Source: Patescibacteria group bacterium
Lineage (GTDB): Bacteria; Patescibacteriota; Patescibacteriia; 2-01-FULL-39-33
Assembly (NCBI GenBank): GCA_041649575.1
Contig: JBAZMW010000001.1
Coordinates: forward strand, 90,001 to 122,000
Length of the DNA: 32,000 nt
Direction: 5' to 3'
A program made the position numbers and the translations under genes. Position 1 is the first letter of the stretch; the number at the start of each line of letters is the position of its first letter. Shown piece after piece: positions 12,465 to 21,637 of this stretch. Under the pieces are notes generated by a model that saw only the letters and a program-made list of their open reading frames with translations, made no database searches and was not told the DNA's origin.

Positions 12465-13922
12465 ATGGGCCTAAACGAACTAACACTACTGGAGGCCTTC
12501 AGGGGCCTAAGAGAAAAAGAATTTTCCAGCCAGGAATTGACAGCCGATTGCCTGAAAAGAATAAAAGAGACTAACGGCAAGCTGAATTCTTTTATTACTA
12601 TTAGCGAGGAAGAGGCTATGGCCAAAGCCAAAGAAGTGGACAAGAAGATCAGCCAGAACGAAGAACTCTCGCCTCTGGCCGGCATACCCGTCTCGATCAA
12701 GGACTTGCTGTGCACTCAAGGAATCAAAACGACAGCCGCTTCCAAAATTTTAGAAAATTATGTTCCGCCTTTTGACGCCACGGTAGTGGAAAGACTGAAG
12801 GCCAACGAAGCGGTAATTGTGGGCAAGACCAATTTGGACGAGTTCGCCATGGGCTCCTCGACAGAAAATTCGGCTTTTGGCACTACCAAAAATCCATGGG
12901 ATGTGTCGAGGGTGCCGGGAGGCACTTCGGGCGGCTCCACGGCTTCTATCGCCGCCGACCAAAGCATTTATTCGATTGGCACGGATACTGGCGGTTCAAT
13001 CAGGCAACCAGCCTCTTTTTGCGGCGTCACAGGCCTAAAAGTGACCTATGGGCGCGTTTCACGCTATGGGGTGGTGGCTGATGCCTCGTCCCTGGATACC
13101 ATTGGCCCAATAGGCAAAAACGTGGCCGACATCGCCGTAGTTTTGCAATATATTGCCGGCCGGGACGACAAGGATTCCACCACTCCAGAAGTGGCGGTGG
13201 AGGATTATAGCGAAGAGATAGCCAAGGAGATAAAGGGACTCAAAATTGGTTTGCCCAAGGAATATTTTGTCGAAGGCATTGATCAAGACACCAGAGAAGT
13301 GATTTTGAAGGCAGTAAAAAAATTCGAAGAATTAGGCGCGGAGATTATTGATATTTCTTTGCCGCTGACCGACCCGGCCCTAGCCGCCTATTACATTATT
13401 CAGCCGGCCGAGGTTTCTTCTAATCTGGCTCGTTATGATGGCATCAGATATGGTTTTTCCAAGCGAGCGGACAGCGACCTGTTGAATGTTTATTTAAACA
13501 GCAGGAGCCAGGGTTTTGGGCCGGAAGCCAAAAGAAGGATTATGATCGGCAGCTATGTGTTGTCGGCCGGTTATTACGACGCTTATTATAAAAAAGCGAT
13601 GAAAGTGAGAACTCTGGTCAAAAATGATTTTGATAAGGCGCTGGAAAAAGTGGATATTATTCTGACACCGGTGGCGCCCACGCCGGCCTTCAAGATCGGC
13701 GAAAATATCGATAATCCTCTACAAATGTATTTGGCCGATGTCTTTACGGTGCCGGCTTCGCTGGCGGGAATTTGCGGCCTGTCGGTGCCAGCGGGATTTG
13801 CCGCCGGCTTGCCGGTTGGTGTACAATTACTGGGCGGGAGATTTGCCGAAAAAATTATTCTAAGAGCCGGTCATCAATACCAGCTGGCGACCGATTGGCA
13901 TAAACAAAAACCAAAAATTTAA
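12465..13922 (+). CDS. gatA: Asp/Glu-tRNA amidotransferase subunit A (amidase family)
   Basis: GIPVSIKDLLCTQG, GSSTENSAFGTTKNPWDVSRVPGGTSGGS, GTDTGGSIRQPASFCGVTGLKVTYGRVSRYG. Confidence 0.97.
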   Translation: MGLNELTLLEAFRGLREKEFSSQELTADCLKRIKETNGKLNSFITISEEEAMAKAKEVDKKISQNEELSPLAGIPVSIKDLLCTQGIKTTAASKILENYVPPFDATVVERLKANEAVIVGKTNLDEFAMGSSTENSAFGTTKNPWDVSRVPGGTSGGSTASIAADQSIYSIGTDTGGSIRQPASFCGVTGLKVTYGRVSRYGVVADASSLDTIGPIGKNVADIAVVLQYIAGRDDKDSTTPEVAVEDYSEEIAKEIKGLKIGLPKEYFVEGIDQDTREVILKAVKKFEELGAEIIDISLPLTDPALAAYYIIQPAEVSSNLARYDGIRYGFSKRADSDLLNVYLNSRSQGFGPEAKRRIMIGSYVLSAGYYDAYYKKAMKVRTLVKNDFDKALEKVDIILTPVAPTPAFKIGENIDNPLQMYLADVFTVPASLAGICGLSVPAGFAAGLPVGVQLLGGRFAEKIILRAGHQYQLATDWHKQKPKI

Positions 13923-13939
13923 AAAATAAATTTAAAACT

Positions 13940-14554
13940 ATGAGTGAGGAACAAAAGCAGAATAAGCAACAATTTTTAACCGGGCTTTTTGGCGGTATCG
14001 CCGTGGTGGCTGTGATTGGCTTGATAATTTTGGGTGTGGCTTTTATTTCCATGTCGAAAAATAACAATAATCCCAGCGTCAATAACAACCAGGGCAATCA
14101 AAACAACTCGCCAACGCCCACCGCCAATGAGCCGGCCACTACGCCCATTGACATTAAAGGGGCTATGACTTTCTCGCAAAAGAAAGACGCAAATCTTTGC
14201 AAAGAAGACGGCAAGCCGGTGGTCTATCTGTTTTCCACCACCTGGTGCCCGCATTGCGAGTGGGTAAAAGCGGCCTTTGACAAGGTGGCCAAGGAATATA
14301 TCGATGCCGGCAAGATCAAGGCCTATCACTGGGAAGTCGATACCAACGACGACACTCTGACTTCGGAAAAAGAGAACCAGGTGCCGGAGGCGGCCATGAA
14401 GGCTTATCAGGAATTTAATCCGCAGGGGTCAATTCCCACTTTCGTTTTTGGTTGCAAATATTTCCGAGTGGGCAATGGTTATGAGAGAGAAGACGACTTG
14501 GCCAAAGAAGAAGCCGAATTCAGGCTGATAATTGATAGTTTAATCAAACAATAA
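13940..14554 (+). CDS. Membrane-anchored thioredoxin-fold protein
   Basis: N-terminal TM, low-complexity N/P/T linker, VVYLFSTTWCPHCEWVKAAFDKVAKEY (CXXC). Confidence 0.85.
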   Translation: MSEEQKQNKQQFLTGLFGGIAVVAVIGLIILGVAFISMSKNNNNPSVNNNQGNQNNSPTPTANEPATTPIDIKGAMTFSQKKDANLCKEDGKPVVYLFSTTWCPHCEWVKAAFDKVAKEYIDAGKIKAYHWEVDTNDDTLTSEKENQVPEAAMKAYQEFNPQGSIPTFVFGCKYFRVGNGYEREDDLAKEEAEFRLIIDSLIKQ

Positions 14555-14570
14555 GCGATTTTTTCCAATC

Positions 14571-14607
14571 CAGCCCTACACTTTTATAAAGGTGTAGGGC
14601 TGGCTTT
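14571..14607 (+). terminator. Rho-independent terminator
   Basis: 11-bp perfect stem CAGCCCTACAC / GTGTAGGGCTG followed by GCTTTT. Confidence 0.8.
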
Positions 14608-14673
14608 TAAATTGGACAAAACCGATTTTTTTGGCTAAACTTGTTATTAGTTTCAAAAATGGAAAGCAAAAAT

Positions 14674-14764
14674 GGAGAGTTCGCATAGTTGGTCTAGTGC
14701 GCACGCTTGGAAAGCGTGTAGGGTGTCAAAACCCTCGAGGGTTCGAATCCCTCACTCTCCGCCA
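14674..14764 (+). tRNA. tRNA-Ser(GGA), CCA encoded
   Basis: Acceptor GGAGAGT/ACTCTCC, anticodon loop TTGGAAA (GGA), 5-bp variable arm AGGGT/ACCCT, T arm GAGGGTTCGAATCCCTC, discriminator G then CCA. Confidence 0.95.
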
Positions 14765-14802
14765 ATTCAATAGGGATAATAAACAACATAACCAAAAATA
14801 AT

Positions 14803-15288
14803 ATGACCGAACAAACAATAAAATCAACCGGCTGTTGCGAACCGTTCAACCCGGAGCCCTGGCAAGAAAAAGAGATTAACTGGCAAGACAAAATTTTTGT
14901 CAAAGACCAGGTGACGAGCTTTCTTCACATCCCGCTTAATTTTGGAAAGATAGTGGTCAAAAACATGAAGCTGATTGAAAAGGCAGGAGCCAAGGCGCCT
15001 CATCAACTGATGCTCACCGATGAGAAATCTCTTTGGGGCGCGGATATTTACATTGATGTTGCCAAGGAGGTGGCGGGAGCGCAAATGGCCAAACTTTCCG
15101 GCATCTTCCTGACAAAGGTCTTTGAAGGGCCCTACCAAAACGCCGGCAAATGGGCGCTGGAGATGAAAGAATACGTAAAAAGCAAGGGTAAGGAAATAAA
15201 AAAGTTGTATTTTTCTTATACTACTTGTCCCAAATGCGCCAAGGCCTACGGGAAGAATTATGTGGTACTTTTTGCCCAGATAAATTAA
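14803..15288 (+). CDS. Conserved hypothetical protein with N-terminal CC and C-terminal CXXC
   Basis: CCEPFNPEPWQEKEINWQDKIFVKDQV...FSYTTCPKCAKAYGKNYVVLFAQI. Confidence 0.7.
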   Translation: MTEQTIKSTGCCEPFNPEPWQEKEINWQDKIFVKDQVTSFLHIPLNFGKIVVKNMKLIEKAGAKAPHQLMLTDEKSLWGADIYIDVAKEVAGAQMAKLSGIFLTKVFEGPYQNAGKWALEMKEYVKSKGKEIKKLYFSYTTCPKCAKAYGKNYVVLFAQIN

Positions 15289-15292
15289 ACAT

Positions 15293-15321
15293 TTGACATA
15301 ATCTATTTAATCGGTTATAAT
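15293..15321 (+). promoter_or_regulatory. Consensus sigma-70 promoter upstream of the RRM gene
   Basis: TTGACA (15293-15298), 17-bp spacer, TATAAT (15316-15321). Confidence 0.88.
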
Positions 15322-15450
15322 AGGGGAGTAAGTATTTCTCTCAAGCGAGTTAGCTTTTCTTATATGTTTAGTGGCCGAGCCATTATATATAAGTGACAAA
15401 GGAGAAGAGAGGTCGTCTTACAACTTAAAAAATCAAGAACATATAAGAAA

Positions 15451-15777
15451 ATGGCAAAAAAGTTATACGTAGGCTCTTTAGCCTATAGCATTACCGACGA
15501 CCGCTTAAGAGAAGTTTTCTCTGAAGCCGGTGCCGTCGAATCCGCCACGGTTATCATCGACAAGATGTCTGGACGTTCCCGAGGCTTTGGTTTCGTGGAA
15601 ATGTCCAATGATGACGAGGCGGCAAAAGCGATTGAGATGTTCAATGGCAAAGACGTCGATGGCATGGCCATCACTGTCAACGAAGCCAGACCAATGTCCG
15701 ACAGGCCGCGCCGATCTTTTGATCGCAACAGCAGCGATAGAGGCGGTTATGGCCGCGATCGCAGACGATCATTCTAA
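15451..15777 (+). CDS. RRM-domain RNA-binding protein with Arg/Ser/Gly-rich tail
   Basis: RNP2 LYVGSLAY, RNP1 RGFGFVEM, tail RPRRSFDRNSSDRGGYGRDRRRSF. Confidence 0.95.
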   Translation: MAKKLYVGSLAYSITDDRLREVFSEAGAVESATVIIDKMSGRSRGFGFVEMSNDDEAAKAIEMFNGKDVDGMAITVNEARPMSDRPRRSFDRNSSDRGGYGRDRRRSF

Positions 15778-15790
15778 GGATCATCTATAA

Positions 15791-15828
15791 AAAAACAGCT
15801 TCCGCCAAAAGCGGAAGTTGTTTTTTTT
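15791..15828 (+). terminator. Rho-independent terminator after the RRM gene
   Basis: Stem AACAGCTTCCGC / GCGGAAGTTGTT (one G-U pair), 5-nt loop, T8. Confidence 0.9.
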
Positions 15829-15869
15829 GTTTGGCCGTTTTTATGATAAAATAAGGTAAACTAAAATTT

Positions 15870-16727
15870 ATGGGAATATTTTTCGCTTTTTTGGCTTTGT
15901 TGTTTTGGGGTGGAGGAGATTTTTTAATTCAAAAAAGCGCGAGAAAATTTGGCAACTGGTTGACGCTTTTTTATATTACGGCTTTTGGCTCAATCATCCT
16001 TTTGCCTTTCGTTTACTCCCGGCTGGGGGAGGTTTTTTCTTTTGGCAAGGAATTTTGGTTTTTATTGTTGGTCTCGGTGGTCATTTTGTTGGCCGCCTTA
16101 TTGGACTTCGAGGCTCTAAGAGTTGGAAAGATTTCGGTGGTGGAGCCGGTTTACGCTCTAGAGATTCCGGTCACTATTTTATTGGCTTCCCTGATAATAG
16201 GGGAATATTTAAGCGGCCCGCAGTTGTTTTTGGTGGTCGTGCTTTTGGTTGGTATTTTTTTGGTTTCCGTTAAATCTTTAAATAAATTAAAACGGTTCAG
16301 GCTGGAGCGGGGCGTTTTGCTGGCCGTGGTCGCTACCGTGGGCATGGGCCTGGCTAATTTTTTGTTTGGCTTCGGCGCCAGAGAGACCGGCCCGCTACTG
16401 GTTAACTGGTTCACCAGCCTGGTAATGGCCTTGGTCGCTTTAATTTATTTGGTTGGCCGGGCGCGGGCCAAAGAGATATTCAGCGGCTGGAAAAGAGAGA
16501 AATTGTTGATTGTGGGAACTGGTTTGATTGATAATTTGGCATGGATCTCTTTTACTTGCAGCACTCTTTATATTCCCATAGCCATCACCACCAGCATTAG
16601 CGAAAGCTATATCGCCTTGGCCTCGGCCTTGGGTTTATTTTTCAACAGAGAAAAGCTAAAAAAGCATCAATGGCTGGGACTGATTCTGGCCGTAGTGGCG
16701 GTGGTTGTTTTGGCGATTATCACCTGA
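15870..16727 (+). CDS. EamA/DMT-superfamily transporter
   Basis: Ten-TM pattern, EPVYALEIPVTILLASLIIGEYL and YIPIAITTSISESYIALASALGLFFNREKLKKHQWLGLILAVVAVV. Confidence 0.85.
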   Translation: MGIFFAFLALLFWGGGDFLIQKSARKFGNWLTLFYITAFGSIILLPFVYSRLGEVFSFGKEFWFLLLVSVVILLAALLDFEALRVGKISVVEPVYALEIPVTILLASLIIGEYLSGPQLFLVVVLLVGIFLVSVKSLNKLKRFRLERGVLLAVVATVGMGLANFLFGFGARETGPLLVNWFTSLVMALVALIYLVGRARAKEIFSGWKREKLLIVGTGLIDNLAWISFTCSTLYIPIAITTSISESYIALASALGLFFNREKLKKHQWLGLILAVVAVVVLAIIT

Positions 16728-16731
16728 ACAA

Positions 16732-17019
16732 ATGAACACGGATTTTTCTAAAAATATTTTTAAGGTCGTGGCCCGGATACCGCCGGGCCGGGTTTTGACT
16801 TATGCCCAGGTGGCAAGTAGAGCCGGCCGGCCGCTGGCTTACCGGGCGGTTGGCAATATTTTGAGCCAAAACCATGACCCCCAAATACCCTGCCATCGAG
16901 TGATCCGTTCGGACGGGCTGGCCGGCGGCTATAACCGGGGCAAGAGAAAAAAATTGGAATTACTGAAGAAAGAGGGGGTGATTAAAAATAAGTTGCCCTC
17001 TTTGGGGGGGGCATGCTAA
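16732..17019 (+). CDS. MGMT-like (methylated-DNA-cysteine methyltransferase C-terminal domain) protein
   Basis: FKVVARIPPGRVLTYAQVASRAGRPLAYRAVGNILSQNHDPQIPCHRVIRSDGLAGGYNRG; PCHRV keeps the acceptor Cys. Start ATG 16732 chosen. Confidence 0.88.
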   Translation: MNTDFSKNIFKVVARIPPGRVLTYAQVASRAGRPLAYRAVGNILSQNHDPQIPCHRVIRSDGLAGGYNRGKRKKLELLKKEGVIKNKLPSLGGAC

Positions 17020-17050
17020 AATAAGCCCATAAAAAATAATCATAAAACCC

Positions 17051-17635
17051 ATGCAGGAAACTTTAAAGAATCTGACCAAAGCTTTTATCGGCGAATCGCA
17101 GGCCAGAAACCGCTATACCATGTATGCCAGTGTAGCCAAAAAAGAGGGCTTTGAGCAGATAGCCGAAATTTTTTTGCTCACCGCCGATCAAGAGCGGGAA
17201 CATGCCAATAAAGTATTTAAAGAAATTCAGGAACTCAAAAAAGACAATCCCGAAGAATTGGCCGCGATCAGGGTGGAGGCCGAAGCGCCGACCGCTTATG
17301 GCACCACGGCCGAAAACCTGAAGGCGGCCATTGCCGGCGAGAATTACGAACACACCAAGATGTACCCGGAGTTTGCCGACGTCGCCGATAGCGAAGGCCT
17401 AAAAAGCGTTGCTTTTAGATTGCGCCACATCGCCACAGCCGAAGAGCATCACGAAGAAAGGTATAAAAAATTATTAAAAGAAGTAGTAGCGGACACCGTC
17501 TTTAAAAAAGACAAGGAAGTTTGGTGGGTCTGTCGCGAATGCGGTTATCAGCATTTTGGCAAAGAAGCGCCCCAGGAGTGCCCGTCTTGCAATCACGCTC
17601 AAGCATTTTATCAGGTGAAGTGCGAAGAGTATTAA
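17051..17635 (+). CDS. Rubrerythrin
   Basis: Ferritin-like four-helix region with EXXH motifs and C-terminal rubredoxin-like CRECGYQH...CPSCNHAQAFYQ. Confidence 0.95.
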   Translation: MQETLKNLTKAFIGESQARNRYTMYASVAKKEGFEQIAEIFLLTADQEREHANKVFKEIQELKKDNPEELAAIRVEAEAPTAYGTTAENLKAAIAGENYEHTKMYPEFADVADSEGLKSVAFRLRHIATAEEHHEERYKKLLKEVVADTVFKKDKEVWWVCRECGYQHFGKEAPQECPSCNHAQAFYQVKCEEY

Positions 17636-17643
17636 TTTAATTT

Positions 17644-18246
17644 ATGCAGTATTATATCCCTCTAATCATGGAGGGGCTGCGCCATTACGGCTATTTTATT
17701 TTATTCTTTGGCGCTTTTTTTGCCGGCGAAACCTTTATCCTGGCGGCGGCATTTTTGGCTTCTTGGAAATATTTTAATTTGCAGTGGGTGATTTTGGTCA
17801 GTTTGTTGGCAGTGCTTCTTTCAGACAGCCTTTGGTATTTCATCGGGCTGAAATTTTCCCAGCCCATCAGCCGCTTCAGGCGTTTCTTCTCACCAGTTAG
17901 ATACGAAAAAAGAATTGCCGCTTTCAAAAACGGTTTTAATAAACACTATCGGGAGTTTTTGATTTTGGGGAAATTCGTTTATGGAGCGAGGATTTTGACG
18001 CTTTTGGCCGCCGGCCATCAAAAAATAAATTATAAAAAATTCTTATATTATAATTTTATCGGCAATATTATCTGGCTGTTTGCGGTAATAATCGTGGGCT
18101 GTCTGATGGGCCTGGCCTGGGATTATCTTGATCGGTTCAATCACTATTGGCGTTATTTGATTTTGGTCGGCTTGGCCCTGCTACTGGCGGTCAGATTCGT
18201 TTTCAGTAAAATTATTAAAAAACTCAATTATGAGCCGGGAAGTTGA
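17644..18246 (+). CDS. DedA/SNARE-associated (VTT) family membrane protein
   Basis: FGAFFAGETFILAAAFLA, F-G-KFVYGARILTLLAAGHQKINYKKFLYYNFIGNIIW. Confidence 0.88.
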   Translation: MQYYIPLIMEGLRHYGYFILFFGAFFAGETFILAAAFLASWKYFNLQWVILVSLLAVLLSDSLWYFIGLKFSQPISRFRRFFSPVRYEKRIAAFKNGFNKHYREFLILGKFVYGARILTLLAAGHQKINYKKFLYYNFIGNIIWLFAVIIVGCLMGLAWDYLDRFNHYWRYLILVGLALLLAVRFVFSKIIKKLNYEPGS

Positions 18247-20065
18247 AGAGATAAAAGCCAAGCTGGATTTGGTGGATTTTATGAGCGAATACGTCAAACT
18301 GTTGCCGGCGGGCGGTAATTTTAAGGCTCTTTGCCCTTTTCATAACGAAAAGACCCCGTCTCTAATGGTCAATCGCCAGAGGCAAATTTGGAAATGTTTC
18401 GGTTGCGGCGAGGGCGGAGATGTTTTTAATTTTTTGATGAAAATAGAAGGGTTGGAATTTGCCGAAGCACTGAAGGTTTTGGCGCAAAGGGCGGGCGTGG
18501 CCCTAAGAACCCAGGACCCGGCGCTTAACAGCGAAAAAAATCGTCTTTATGGTCTTTTGGATTTGGCTGCGCGTTATTGGCACAAGGTGCTTTTGGATTC
18601 TTCGGCGGCCAAGGAAGCCAGGGATTATTTAAGCCAGCGGGGCCTAAGCTGGGAGACGATCGAAGATTTTCGCCTGGGTTATGCCATCGAAGCCTGGGAT
18701 GATTTGAATAACTTTCTGATTAAGAAGGGTTTCACTGAAGCAGAAATTTTTTCAGCCGGTTTGTCGGTAAAAAAAGAGCGGGGAACCGGTTTTTATGATC
18801 GTTTCCGAGCCAGAATAATGTTTCCCATTCTTGATTTGCACGGGCGGGCAGTGGGCTTTGGCGGCCGGACTCTAAAAAAAGAAGAAGCCGCCAAATACAT
18901 CAATACGCCGCAGACCAGCGTTTATAATAAAAGTTCGGTTCTCTATGGCTTCTACCGGGCCAAGGAGACAATCAAAAAAAATGACTTGTGCATTTTGGTT
19001 GAAGGCTACATGGACGTTTTGCCTTCTTATCAGGCGGGGGTAAAAAATGTGGCGGCGATTTCTGGCACCGCCTTGACCGGGGAGCAAATAAAAATTTTAA
19101 AAAGATACTCAAACAATCTGGCCCTGGCTCTGGATATGGATGCGGCCGGTCAGCAGGCGGCTTTGCGTAGCATTGATCTGGCCTTGGCCGAAGAAATGAA
19201 CGTCAAAATAATCAGCCTGCCTTTTGGTAAAGATCCGGGGGAGTGCATTAAGAATAATCCTCAAGATTGGCCGGACTCGATAGTAAAGGCGCAGGCGGTG
19301 ATGGATTATTTCTTTGGCTCGGCCCTGTCCAAATACGACATCAGTCAGCCGGAACAAAAGAAAAAAGCCGCTAAATTTTTGCTGGAGAAAATCAGTAAGC
19401 TGGGGGACAGGGTGGAGCAGGATTATTGGCTGAAAAAATTGGCCGCCACTCTAGCGGCATCAGAAGCGGTTCTAAGAGAGCTGCTGGTCAAGCTGGAGAG
19501 GGGATTTGGCAAAAGAGTCGGCGTCAAAAAAACGGAAGCCGCGCAAAACAGGCCGTCAGAAGATCAGGAACTGATACTTTTGAAAAGGCTTCTGGTCTTG
19601 GCTTTTAATTTTCCTCAATATTTTTTCAGAATCGTCGAGAGCGTCTCCCTGGATTTTTGGAATAATGATTTAAATCTTAGTCTTTACAAAAAGATTGTAT
19701 TATTTTATACTAGAAATACCGGTTCATTGGAAAAGTTGTCTGTGGATAAGCTGGGAACAGAAATTTGGAAAATATTCGACGAGTGGCTAAAGCGGGATAA
19801 GCCGGATTTTAGCGCCGCAGAATCAAAATTATTGGAAGAAGTTTTTTTATTGGCTCAGGCCGAGCGCGGTGTGATTGAGGAAAAAGCGGCCAAAGAAGAG
19901 CTGGATAATTTTTTAAAGTTGCTTAAAAACAATTATTTGACCGGCGAGATAGACAGATTAAAACAGACTCTGGAAAAAGCGGAACTGGCCGGCCGGCCGG
20001 CAGAAGAGCTGGCGCAGATTTATTTGAAACTTAACGAATTAATCAAACAAAAAAATATTAATTAA
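18230..20065 (+). CDS. dnaG: DNA primase DnaG
   Basis: N-terminal zinc finger [10 protein letters not shown]...[17 protein letters not shown], Toprim [15 protein letters not shown] and [13 protein letters not shown]. Confidence 0.97.
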   Translation: MSREVEEIKAKLDLVDFMSEYVKLLPAGGNFKALCPFHNEKTPSLMVNRQRQIWKCFGCGEGGDVFNFLMKIEGLEFAEALKVLAQRAGVALRTQDPALNSEKNRLYGLLDLAARYWHKVLLDSSAAKEARDYLSQRGLSWETIEDFRLGYAIEAWDDLNNFLIKKGFTEAEIFSAGLSVKKERGTGFYDRFRARIMFPILDLHGRAVGFGGRTLKKEEAAKYINTPQTSVYNKSSVLYGFYRAKETIKKNDLCILVEGYMDVLPSYQAGVKNVAAISGTALTGEQIKILKRYSNNLALALDMDAAGQQAALRSIDLALAEEMNVKIISLPFGKDPGECIKNNPQDWPDSIVKAQAVMDYFFGSALSKYDISQPEQKKKAAKFLLEKISKLGDRVEQDYWLKKLAATLAASEAVLRELLVKLERGFGKRVGVKKTEAAQNRPSEDQELILLKRLLVLAFNFPQYFFRIVESVSLDFWNNDLNLSLYKKIVLFYTRNTGSLEKLSVDKLGTEIWKIFDEWLKRDKPDFSAAESKLLEEVFLLAQAERGVIEEKAAKEELDNFLKLLKNNYLTGEIDRLKQTLEKAELAGRPAEELAQIYLKLNELIKQKNIN

Positions 20066-20112
20066 TACGCCTCGTTAAAATCAGCGGGGCAATTATCAAA
20101 GGTTCTAATTTA

Positions 20113-21417
20113 ATGTCCTCGAAAAAAAATAGAGGCAAGAAGAATAGAAATAAAAAGCCGGCCAAAACCAAAACCGCCGGCAGGCGAACAGCCAAAATTA
20201 GGAAGACGGCAGGTTCCAAAAATAAAAAATCTCAGTCCGCCAAACACAAAAAAAATTTAAAGGCGGCTATTAAAAAAAAGAGAGCCAAGCTTCGCAAACT
20301 TCCTAAGGCCATAGTCAAACCAGACGAAGAAGCGATCCAAACCTTGATTCGAAAGGGTAGATCGCGTGGTTTTATTACTGAACAAGAATTGCAGATAATT
20401 TTGCCGGAGCTGGAAGAATATATTATTCGCTACGAAGATTTGCTGGAAGAACTAGATCGGTTGGGAATTAATATCATGGAGTCGGGCGGTTTCTTTTCTT
20501 CGGCCCAGGCTAAAACCGAAGAGAAAAAGCCTGAAAAAAAGAGAAAGCCCAAAGCCAAAGCGATTACCGAGAGCGATATTAGCTTGGGGGATATTTCCAC
20601 CGATTCGATCCAGATGTATTTGAGAGAAATCGGCCGAGTGCCGTTGTTGTCTTCCGAGGAAGAAGTTTATCTGGCCAAAAAAATAGAAGAAGGCGAAATC
20701 GAGGCGCGGCAAAAATTGATCAGGGCTAATCTGCGCCTGGTGGTTTCGGTGGCCAAAAAGTTTCAAGGCAAAAGCCTGTCTCTTTTGGATTTGATTCAAG
20801 AGGGAAATATCGGGCTGTTTCGGGCGGTAGATAAATTCGATTATCGCAAGGGTTATAAATTTTCCACTTATGCCACTTGGTGGATCAGGCAGGCCATCAC
20901 CCGCTCTCTGGCCGATCAGTCGCGCACTATTCGCATTCCGGTGCATATGGTGGAAAACATTAATAAATTTCAGCAAGTAGAGCGGCGTCTGGTGCAGGAT
21001 CTGGGCCGCGAGCCGTTGCCGGAAGAAATTGCCGCCGAGATGGGCGAGGAGTTGGTCAAGATAAATCATATTATAAAAATTTCCCAAGAGACGATTTCTC
21101 TGGGCACGCCGGTAGGCGATGATAGTGATGACAGTATTCTGGAAGATTTTATCGAAGATCAGAAGACCATTAGTCCGGATAAGGCAGCCGCTTTGCAGAT
21201 TCTGGGCGATTATGTGCGACAAGTGATTTCCGAGCTCACGCCGCGCGAACAAAAGGTGCTCGAGATGCGTTTTGGGTTAAAAGACGGCGTAGCACATACA
21301 TTGGAAGAAGTGGGTCAGGAGTTTGATGTTACGCGTGAGCGTATTCGGCAAATAGAGGCCAAGGCGTTGGAAAAGATTGAAAAAATAAAGGGCATTGAAA
21401 AATTGAAAGATTTCTAA
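20113..21417 (+). CDS. rpoD: Primary RNA polymerase sigma factor
   Basis: Region 1.1 [19 protein letters not shown], region 2 [40 protein letters not shown], region 4 [40 protein letters not shown]. Confidence 0.97.
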   Translation: MSSKKNRGKKNRNKKPAKTKTAGRRTAKIRKTAGSKNKKSQSAKHKKNLKAAIKKKRAKLRKLPKAIVKPDEEAIQTLIRKGRSRGFITEQELQIILPELEEYIIRYEDLLEELDRLGINIMESGGFFSSAQAKTEEKKPEKKRKPKAKAITESDISLGDISTDSIQMYLREIGRVPLLSSEEEVYLAKKIEEGEIEARQKLIRANLRLVVSVAKKFQGKSLSLLDLIQEGNIGLFRAVDKFDYRKGYKFSTYATWWIRQAITRSLADQSRTIRIPVHMVENINKFQQVERRLVQDLGREPLPEEIAAEMGEELVKINHIIKISQETISLGTPVGDDSDDSILEDFIEDQKTISPDKAAALQILGDYVRQVISELTPREQKVLEMRFGLKDGVAHTLEEVGQEFDVTRERIRQIEAKALEKIEKIKGIEKLKDF

Positions 21418-21456
21418 ATTATTGACAGCGGCTGGGTTTTTTGTTAATATTTTTTT

Positions 21457-21480
21457 AGAGTCATGTCTGATGGCTCTTTT
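21457..21480 (+). terminator. Rho-independent terminator after rpoD
   Basis: 8-bp stem AGAGTCAT / ATGGCTCT (one G-T), 5-nt loop, T-run. Confidence 0.7.
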
Positions 21481-21482
21481 AA

Positions 21483-21616
21483 AAAAACAAATGATCCGCG
21501 ATAGCGAAATGGGTCGAGGCCATAGGCCGAGACGGGCAGAAGCGAGCAAAGCGAGAGTCGATGAATGCGACCTTAGGGAGCATTCAGCGCTGCCCCGGAA
21601 GAGCAACCGGCGTTTA
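21483..21616 (+). pseudogene. Partial, interrupted duplicate of the tRNA-Asn 5' region
   Basis: AAAAACAAATGATCCGCGATAGC at 21483-21505 repeats 21640-21662; AGAGCAACCGGC at 21600-21611 repeats the tRNA segment 21671-21682; 94 nt of structured sequence lies between them. Confidence 0.6.
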
Positions 21617-21637
21617 GTATATGGCAAAAGTAACAAA

